Source of the DNA: Lachnospiraceae bacterium
Lineage (GTDB): Bacteria; Bacillota; Clostridia; Lachnospirales; Lachnospiraceae
NCBI GenBank assembly: GCA_017518185.1
Contig: JAFWWB010000037.1
Coordinates: 13,486-77,485, forward strand
DNA: 64,000 bases
Direction of reading: 5' to 3'
Shown in pieces: positions 58,201 through 64,000 of the stretch. The position numbers were made by a program, and so were the translations under genes. Under the pieces are notes generated by a model. That model was not told where the DNA came from and made no database searches. It was given only the letters and a program-made list of their open reading frames with translations. Position 1 is the stretch's first letter. Every line of letters begins with the position of its first letter.

Positions 58201-59962
58201 CCTCATCACTGTGAGCCACGATAGCGTATCCGGCACTCCCGCCGTCTATATTTACCTTACCGGTGATGGAAAGACCCGCGATGCCGGAATGGATCAGCAC
58301 GGTTTTTCCGTTATATGTCGTGGTTCCGCTGATCGCAGTCACATTATCGAAGTCGAGCGTCTGTGTCTCTGGATCATAATATGCACTGCCCTTTCCCGAA
58401 GGGATCGAATCAATATTATCGCGGTTGAGATCAGTGACCTGCTTACCACCGACATACAGATCATATTTCTTACCGAAGGCAGCAGTCAGGCTGGGCCCTG
58501 TGCTGCCCTTGCCCCCCACTATCCTATCATAACCCTCAGTTCTGATCTCACAATTATCAGACAGAAGTTCAATTCCATCATCGCTTTTGAGATTGATCTT
58601 ACCGTATGTGACCTTAACAGCTCCCAATCCACCCATGAGGTTCACAAGCCCTTTATTAATGGTCAGATCATGTGCATTCCATACATAGACACCGTAATGC
58701 GCTTTGCTGGTTGTTTTAAAGTTACCGTCAAAGGTAAGATCTGCAATAGCTCCATATGTGTAATCCGAAACCACGCTGCAGTCATACAGTGTTCTCAGCG
58801 TCAGATCCGTCCTGGTAAAAATCCCGAAATTATAACCACCAACAGTACTCTCGTATCCCTTACCTATCGTTGTGTTGCCTGAAAAAGTAAGAACCTTACC
58901 TTTTTCATCATATTTAACCTTTCCGTTTCCGAGTACATCAGACTTATTGGCTGGTGTTACAGCCGTTTCACCAACCCATACACCATACGCTTCTTCGATC
59001 ACAACATGCTTTAAGGGATCGGATCCGGTCTTCTCTGTGAAGGCAGTGTAATGATCATTCTTATCTTTTTCCATGTTAACAAATGTTGCAGGACTGGTGA
59101 CATAGATACCGTCGCCAAGCTCAGGCTTTTCGGTACCTGAAGTATAGAGTGCTCCAATACATAAATCGAGTGCAAAATCTCCCGTGGACGTTCCGGAATT
59201 TGAGGTAAGATCCGCCCTTCCTCCTTCAAAGATCAGCTTTGCTCCCTCTACATATACGGCTGTTCTCTCAGCGGAGAGAGTCAGATTACCGCTAATTGTG
59301 AGAGTTCCCTCTTTGGAATATACGCCGTATGTATTACCTGCTGTTGTCAGACTGCCGGTTATCTTAAGATCATCTTCCGTATAGATTGCCGCATTCACAC
59401 TACCATAACCCGTGCTCCAGCTATGCGAACCATCTACCTTTGCATCCCCTTCAAAATTCAGGGTCTTTGTAGCAGGGTTATACGTAGCGCTGCCGGACTT
59501 CATGTGGATGTTGTCCTTATTGACAGAAGTGACCTGTTCGCCGCCGACCCAGAGCTTGTATTCAGTAGCGCCTTCAGGATCCGCAATTTCCGTCTCTTCG
59601 GGCTCATCGGCATCGCTCTGCTCAACCTCCGCCTCAACTTCAGCTTCCTCTTTCTCGGCTTCTACAGCTTCCTCAGCCTCTTCCTCTGCTGTCTCCTCAA
59701 AAGCCTCAGCCTCATCAGCTGCTTCAGCCTCTTCGGTATCGGCATCCTCTGCCTCTGCCGTTACGTCATCTTCAGCATCAGCCGTCTCTTCCTCAGCCAC
59801 AGCATCCTCTGTGTCATCAGCTTCTTCCGCATCAAACACAGCCTCTTCATCCGCATCTTCTGCGGCAAGTACGGTAAGCCCAAGATCAGGCACCATGGTA
59901 AAGATAAGCATGAAGCTCATGATCAGGCTCAGCAAACGTCTCTTTAAAACTTTTGCTTTCAT
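55250..59962 (-). CDS. Large secreted surface protein (about 1570 aa): acidic linker, repeated beta-rich modules, three InlB-B/Flg_new-type repeats, C-terminal Ig-like domains
   Basis: Signal peptide MKAKVLKRRLLSLIMSFMLIFTMVP; four Yx(L/V)(W/Y)VGxxxVTxxN motifs; three xxVS(Y/F)...F..W...W repeats; start reassigned to 59962 after AAGGAGG. Confidence 0.88.
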   Translation of the reverse strand: MKAKVLKRRLLSLIMSFMLIFTMVPDLGLTVLAAEDADEEAVFDAEEADDTEDAVAEEETADAEDDVTAEAEDADTEEAEAADEAEAFEETAEEEAEEAVEAEKEEAEVEAEVEQSDADEPEETEIADPEGATEYKLWVGGEQVTSVNKDNIHMKSGSATYNPATKTLNFEGDAKVDGSHSWSTGYGSVNAAIYTEDDLKITGSLTTAGNTYGVYSKEGTLTISGNLTLSAERTAVYVEGAKLIFEGGRADLTSNSGTSTGDFALDLCIGALYTSGTEKPELGDGIYVTSPATFVNMEKDKNDHYTAFTEKTGSDPLKHVVIEEAYGVWVGETAVTPANKSDVLGNGKVKYDEKGKVLTFSGNTTIGKGYESTVGGYNFGIFTRTDLTLRTLYDCSVVSDYTYGAIADLTFDGNFKTTSKAHYGVYVWNAHDLTINKGLVNLMGGLGAVKVTYGKINLKSDDGIELLSDNCEIRTEGYDRIVGGKGSTGPSLTAAFGKKYDLYVGGKQVTDLNRDNIDSIPSGKGSAYYDPETQTLDFDNVTAISGTTTYNGKTVLIHSGIAGLSITGKVNIDGGSAGYAIVAHSDEDDKDTELFFEKAKFSVTGVDYGIKSGNIEVHGGEINITDCTNMGIIAAGLKADGGTEVYVTAQKHAIQLSGALEVGSEEISEEEPATTAKISASSTDKSENSYSGIVCDKDVDLYGGSIAATAFSDNGKGLSTLGNVYVYGGTLSLIGDGKYGIGLSAGEIVFHAGKADLSGSYEAVQARKAIVFPEDSLSSITQIDGSTEGEIGTSAGYTTVLNGSGKPATAVTIEETTAKAYDLWVGGVPVTEANKGNIGDYGVAYDPATKTLSFTPPALSFSGIHTDDTWGSAVIYAKGDLTIDGGSGTAFTDGGSGADHYIFVQNGKLTLKGSLQISTGTTGGIEASVIISDGDISIENENTGLSDTTTVCRSNGSISVNSGTLEVNTTTGTVLCAKGDIVLATGMSILEPADGKMKSVQKGVYHYTYISDSNDQNVKHVKIGSETAKEYFTVSYNAMGGTPVPASAKVEKGSTVEKPADPTKEGLVFTGWYTEESCENEYVFTTAVTKDLTLYAGWKDAATFTVSFNLGTVTADPATVPKEQSVAEGQKATRPATDPTAAGVEFIAWCTTAAGDVEFDFDAPITADTVIYARWSAAGAGSLVSFDLQGGTGDIPTDYHIPDGSKVTRPANDPVKAGFEFAGWYVDAEGTSVYDFDTPVTGDVTIFAKWVKKAGPVTAGSALNNTPEIDDDTEEIWLVKGQKFIIADGWTVKSTDKESKKIVSISKKGVFKAKKNGEAIIYLGERQLKVHVSTPAVEKKWTLTIENADTMPTHEIVRTIDAGLASRYWYSASPDVATVDQDGNVTAVAKGKAKISCYINGKAYTCTVTVKEKVAPKERTLHLNLDGHKKLSVTGAKRAVWSSEDDTAAPCIKNKVTAKKAGTVKLTASENGAEVQTVELIAEDISLETGDVLKAARGANKYTAEITTGSTLELQFASVDQAVVFKSSKPDFAFVDEDGTLIAKAAGKTKLTAKINGKTVTINVVVTAAK

Positions 59963-60089
59963 CTCGTCCTCCTTATGCATGATTTTTGCTGTCGTATGGT
60001 ATACCCATACAGAGTAGAAGATATCACAAAAGAAGCGGTTTTTCAACCGCCCCCGGGGAGTCTTCTAACGGGATCAACCGAAAGAAATG

Positions 60090-61127
60090 TCAACGATAAC
60101 TCTTTATCACTTCATAAAGGCGTGGAAGTGCAAATGAAACATATCCGTAATCCGGAGAACTGATTATACCTTTTTGGATAAGGTTATCTCTGTAACGCGA
60201 AAAAGTACCACTACTCATGGACAATCTTTTACAAACTTCTCCTGTTCTGACATCTTTTTCGGGGAGTGCACGTAAGACCTCCTTTTCTTTTCTGGATAAT
60301 GAAGACCAGATCTTCTTATAGACAAAATCATCCAGCAGCACATCAAATTCATTCAGAACTGCCTCTTTACTTTTCGATCTGTTGTTCCAATATGCCACCC
60401 CCAAAGCCTGAAAAGCAAAGGCATAACCTTTTGTCAGATCAGCCAACCCGGCCGCTTCTTCTTCGGGTATATCAAATATGTCTCTGTACTGTCTGGTGAT
60501 CTGAAGAATACTTAAGGGTCCTGTAATAATTTTGGGAGTCCTGAGCAGAAAAGTCAGTGCAGGATCATTCTGAATGGCGCTGATGTTCTCATATAAGCCT
60601 GTCATTATCAGATAGACCGGGTAATCCTGCCTTACAAAGATCTGAAACTGACTGGCAAACACTTTCATATTATCATCATGCATCACCTCGTCTATGGTGA
60701 TCAATACCTTTTTCTTCTTCCTGACAATACTCTTAAAACATTTGTCTATCATTCCGACATAGTCATTTGTCTGCGCCTCTGCATTTATCCCTATGCCAAA
60801 CCCTGCAGCCGATAAATTAATGCCCTTGCTTACTATATCATGTGAGGGATCACTTGCCTTGGAAAGCCTTACGGCGAAATTTGCCAGAAGCTCCATCGCC
60901 GGATTAAGATCGACCACGATCCAATCCTTTTCCTGTTTCAGGATATTGGCCACTGTCGTCATAAGAACTGTTTTCCCGCTGCCCCTTATCCCTTCGATCA
61001 TATAAGCCTGACTTACTGCATTGTCAGCTTTAAAGGCACTGATGATACTGTCCGTGTCCTCAATTCTTGAGATCAGCTTATTGGGTTGTTTTCCGAAAGT
61101 TATTGTAAAAGGATTCCCGGCGTTCAT
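60090..61127 (-). CDS. Solo AAA+/P-loop ATPase (AAA_16-like) with a C-terminal winged HTH
   Basis: NPFTITFG, Walker A GIRGSGKT, Walker B ITIDEV, tail LSMSSGTFSRYRDNLIQKGII. Confidence 0.88.
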   Translation of the reverse strand: MNAGNPFTITFGKQPNKLISRIEDTDSIISAFKADNAVSQAYMIEGIRGSGKTVLMTTVANILKQEKDWIVVDLNPAMELLANFAVRLSKASDPSHDIVSKGINLSAAGFGIGINAEAQTNDYVGMIDKCFKSIVRKKKKVLITIDEVMHDDNMKVFASQFQIFVRQDYPVYLIMTGLYENISAIQNDPALTFLLRTPKIITGPLSILQITRQYRDIFDIPEEEAAGLADLTKGYAFAFQALGVAYWNNRSKSKEAVLNEFDVLLDDFVYKKIWSSLSRKEKEVLRALPEKDVRTGEVCKRLSMSSGTFSRYRDNLIQKGIISSPDYGYVSFALPRLYEVIKSYR

Positions 61128-61152
61128 GACATATGCTCCTCTCTTTTTGAGA

Positions 61153-61181
61153 ATCTTACCATAACTTTCTTAAAAATGCAA
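61153..61181 (-). promoter_or_regulatory. Sigma-70 promoter of the second ATPase
   Basis: TTGCAT-17-TAAGAT with extended TG; one GTTATG box lies in the spacer. Confidence 0.65.
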
Positions 61182-61263
61182 TTCTATACATAACTTTTCA
61201 TAACCAGACATAACCCCACCATTTCAGAGAAACTAAACATAACTCAACATAACTTATCACAAC
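61160..61263. repeat. Phased CATAAC direct-repeat array
   Basis: CATAAC at 61160, 61189, 61199, 61209, 61238, 61248 and CACAAC at 61258. Confidence 0.88.
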
Positions 61264-61301
61264 TCACCATTAGCTCCCCTGTTCATGTTCGGGCGGGTCC
61301 C

Positions 61302-61348
61302 AAACTCAGAAAGCGTTACATGCAAGCATGACCGCTTTCTGAGCTTTT
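61302..61348 (-). terminator. Hairpin terminator after larB
   Basis: CTCAGAAAGCG...CGCTTTCTGAG 11-bp stem with an inner CATGC/GCATG stem. Confidence 0.7.
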
Positions 61349-61367
61349 GACCCTGGCATCATTTTAT

Positions 61368-62039
61368 TCATTTCGTCGCAAGCCTGTTTATCTGCACTGC
61401 CATATAACCGGCGCCGTAGCCGTTGTCTATGTTCACGACGGCGACACCGTTGGCGCAGGAATTGACCATGGTCAGCAGCGCGGACAGGCCTCCAAATGAG
61501 GCTCCGTAGCCCACAGAGGTAGGCACCGCGATGACAGGGTTCTTTACCAGTCCCCCGATGACGCTTGCCAGGGCTCCCTCCATTCCCGCGACCGCTATAA
61601 CGCAGTTGGCTTCCCGGATCTCGTCCACCCTCGAGAGCAGCCTGTGGAGCCCGCTCACACCGGCGTCATACACACGCAGTACCCTGCTGCCAAAATATTC
61701 CGCGGTTGCCGCCGCTTCTTCGGCTACGGGTATATCCGCAGTCCCCGCGCAGCACACGGCGATCAGCCCCTTCTGCTCCGCAGGATGCGGTTCGATCTTC
61801 AATATGCGGGAAACCGGATCGTAGACCGCTTCCGGAAACTCCGCCTTTACCAGCTCATACTGATGTTCACTGGCTCTGGTCCCAAAGGCGCAGCCGCAGC
61901 TCTCGTACATGCTCTTATATATCGCTGTGAGATGATCGTCCTTCTTGCCCTGGCAGAAGATCACCTCGGCAAAGCCGGTACGCTCCTCACGCTCCATGTC
62001 GAGCTTCGCAAAGCCCAGATCCTTTACCCGTTCATCCAT
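61368..62039 (-). CDS. larB: Nickel-pincer cofactor biosynthesis protein LarB
   Basis: AEVIFCQGK, AGTADIPVAEEA, DAGVSGLHRL, VAGMEGAL, IAVPTSVGYG; start reassigned to 62039. Confidence 0.95.
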   Translation of the reverse strand: MDERVKDLGFAKLDMEREERTGFAEVIFCQGKKDDHLTAIYKSMYESCGCAFGTRASEHQYELVKAEFPEAVYDPVSRILKIEPHPAEQKGLIAVCCAGTADIPVAEEAAATAEYFGSRVLRVYDAGVSGLHRLLSRVDEIREANCVIAVAGMEGALASVIGGLVKNPVIAVPTSVGYGASFGGLSALLTMVNSCANGVAVVNIDNGYGAGYMAVQINRLATK

Positions 62040-62044
62040 AAGCA

Positions 62045-62890
62045 TCACCAGATGGTCCTGCCGCCGTCCAGCACCACCGTAGCACCGGTCATATAGGTTG
62101 CGGCATCGGATATCATATAGAGTATGGTACACACATATTCGTCAGGATCGCTCATCCTGCCAAGGGGGATAAGCTTGCCTATCTTCTCCTGGAATTCGGG
62201 ATCCTGCCCGTTCTCCAGGCTGGCCGGGCAGAGGGTATTCACCCTTATCCCCTTTCCGGCCCAGTATACGGCGAGGTATTTGGTGAGTCCCATGAGTGCG
62301 TGCTTCACCACGCTGTAGGAGACCGGCTTTACGGTCTGCTCCTCCTCCGGGATCCCTTCCTTTCTGTATATGCGCTGGTCAGGGGCTATGATGCCGTAGT
62401 CCGATGAGATGTTCAGCACTACGCCGCTGTTCTGCTTTTCCATGGTCTCCCCGAAGACCTGCGCGCAGAGCATGGCGCCGGTAAGGCCTACAGCTATATC
62501 CTGGTTCCACATATCCAGCGGGAAGTTGCAGAAACGTATCGCTCCCAGGTTCTTCGAGCCGCCCTCCACCTTGGGATTGTTGGCGGCGTTGTTGATGAGC
62601 ACGTCTATATGGCCGTATTTCTCCAGCAGCTTTTCACGCACCCCTTCCAGAGCCTCACGGCTGGTGATGTCACATACCATGCATTCCACTTTGCAGTCTC
62701 CGCCGTACTCTTCTTCAAGCTTCTGCTTTACACGCTCCATACCGCCCGGCGCTATATCAAGGAGTACCGCGACTCCGCCGCCTTCGGTTATGGCTTCCGC
62801 ATGCTTCATTCCAAGCAGGCCGCCGCCGCCGGTGACTATGCATACCTTTCCGCTGATATCAAATCGTTCGGTGTAGATCTTCTTTGACAT
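62045..62890 (-). CDS. SDR oxidoreductase of the kind found in nonulosonic-acid/flagellin-glycan loci (PtmA-like)
   Basis: VTGGGGLLG, LINNAA, YSVVK catalytic motif, VLDGGRT; start 62890 after AAGGAGG. Confidence 0.88.
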   Translation of the reverse strand: MSKKIYTERFDISGKVCIVTGGGGLLGMKHAEAITEGGGVAVLLDIAPGGMERVKQKLEEEYGGDCKVECMVCDITSREALEGVREKLLEKYGHIDVLINNAANNPKVEGGSKNLGAIRFCNFPLDMWNQDIAVGLTGAMLCAQVFGETMEKQNSGVVLNISSDYGIIAPDQRIYRKEGIPEEEQTVKPVSYSVVKHALMGLTKYLAVYWAGKGIRVNTLCPASLENGQDPEFQEKIGKLIPLGRMSDPDEYVCTILYMISDAATYMTGATVVLDGGRTIW

Positions 62891-62906
62891 AGTATCCTCC
62901 TTATTA

Positions 62907-63092
62907 AGATCCCTCGACTTCGCTCGGGATGACATCGTGGTTGTCACTGCGTTCCTTCCGCTCGGGATGACATCTTGGTTGTCACTGCGTTCCTTCCGCT
63001 CGGGATGACATCGTGGTTGTCACTGCGTTCCTTCCGCTCGGGATGACATCCGTATTTGTCATTCCGAGCGAGCAAAGCGAGTCGAGGAATCT
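62907..63092. repeat. REP-like composite: forward REP, about 3.4 tandem 38-bp units, inverted REP
   Basis: CGCTCGGGATGACATC starts at 62921, 62959, 62997, 63035; inverted TGTCATTCCGAGCG...GTCGAGGAATCT at 63057-63092. Confidence 0.92.
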
Positions 63093-63146
63093 TTTCTTCG
63101 TCTCTCTGCCCCATATGACACTTTGCCGGCGTTTCGTTCCTTCCGT

Positions 63147-64000
63147 TTACAGCTCCACCGGTGCTCCGCTTTCGTGCGAGTGCTTTATTGCGAGCCCCAT
63201 CTTAAGTGCCAATATCCCGTCTTCTATCCCTATGACGGGTTCCTTATCATTTTCTATGCAGTCGATAAAATCCTTCAGCTCCGCAATGAACATATCATTC
63301 CTGACAAACTGTTCAAACTCCGTGAGCTTCCCGTTCTCGCCGCCGTCGTATACTATTACCTTTGCGGTATTGAAGTTGGCCTCAATACGCCCCTTATCCC
63401 CGACGATCTTTATATGATGAAAGGGAGGATACTGGAGAAAGTCCGTATGTGCTGACACATTCACCCCGCCTTCGAATTCAAACAGCGCATCAGCCCTTTC
63501 CTCCACGTCTATAGACAGGCCGCTGTCAAAACCGAGCCTGCCGAATACGCTCACGGGCTTTCCCAGAAGATAAGCCAGCATATCAAGGTCATGCATCATC
63601 AGGTTCATGACCGGGCCGCCTCCCATATCCTTCCGCGCCATATAGGTCCCGCGGTAATCCTCATAGCGGTGCATGGTGGTGAGACGTTCCGAGAATTCAA
63701 TTCTCGCAGATCCGATCTTTCCCAGTGCGCCGCTTTCGATATATTCCTTGAGCAAAGCAACGCAGGGATGATAGCGGTTCTGGAAGCCGGTAAAGAATTT
63801 CAGTCCCTTTTCCCGTACTGTCCTTCTAAGCTCCTCCACTCCTTCAAAGCTGTCCGAGAGGGGTTTTTCCATAAATATGTGGCAGCCTGCTCTCGCGCAG
63901 CGCAGCGCCGTCTCCATATGCTTTGCGGTTATGTTTGTGATAAATGCCGCATCGGGCTTTTCCGAAAGAGCCTCATCCAGATCGGTAAACGAACGTATGG
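63147..64000 (-). CDS. Gfo/Idh/MocA-family oxidoreductase, 5' end outside the window
   Basis: HIFMEKPLS, GFQNRYHP, HDLDML; the frame stays open to the window edge (IRSFTDLDEALSEKPDAAFITN). Confidence 0.9.
   Translation of the reverse strand, partial: IRSFTDLDEALSEKPDAAFITNITAKHMETALRCARAGCHIFMEKPLSDSFEGVEELRRTVREKGLKFFTGFQNRYHPCVALLKEYIESGALGKIGSARIEFSERLTTMHRYEDYRGTYMARKDMGGGPVMNLMMHDLDMLAYLLGKPVSVFGRLGFDSGLSIDVEERADALFEFEGGVNVSAHTDFLQYPPFHHIKIVGDKGRIEANFNTAKVIVYDGGENGKLTEFEQFVRNDMFIAELKDFIDCIENDKEPVIGIEDGILALKMGLAIKHSHESGAPVEL

Overview
Chromosomal window from a Clostridia-type Firmicute; the gene set and protein style suggest Lachnospiraceae (inference). Almost all genes are on the minus strand. 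(1) 1-7690 is a visibly AT-rich accessory block: glycan-modifying methyltransferases, a two-gene surface module, a solo AAA_14/DUF4143 ATPase and an XRE-nucleotidyltransferase antitoxin chimera. (2) 7695-11538 holds a LytTR/DUF3021/LytTR module downstream of pseI, plus a papain-like ORF. (3) 11587-23904 is a carbohydrate utilisation locus (ABC transporter, anchored repeat protein, GH29, GH3, AraC). (4) 23917-48117 is mostly core genes (rpmE-prmC-prfA, rarA, rho, rnpB, purL, dgt-dnaG-rpoD-trmK-nif3). (5) 48281-64000 holds a hybrid histidine kinase, a probable 6S RNA, larC and larB separated by about 7 kb of accessory genes, and sugar-pathway oxidoreductases. No CRISPR array, tRNA, rRNA or transposase was seen. 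Best leads: (a) a 28-bp REP-like palindrome family that forms two related 38-bp tandem arrays and has one copy inserted in-frame, with a 5-bp flanking duplication, into the His-rich linker of LarC; (b) two unrelated solo AAA+ ATPase genes, each with its own short direct-repeat array overlapping its own promoter, one with 10/10/29-bp phasing; (c) a split, order-permuted HipA-like kinase pair; (d) a sigma-70 factor with a long KKAE(P/A)A repeat N-terminus; (e) two LytTR-type 21-bp-period boxes, one in front of a candidate small RNA. All family assignments come from motif recognition by eye; no database searches were run.
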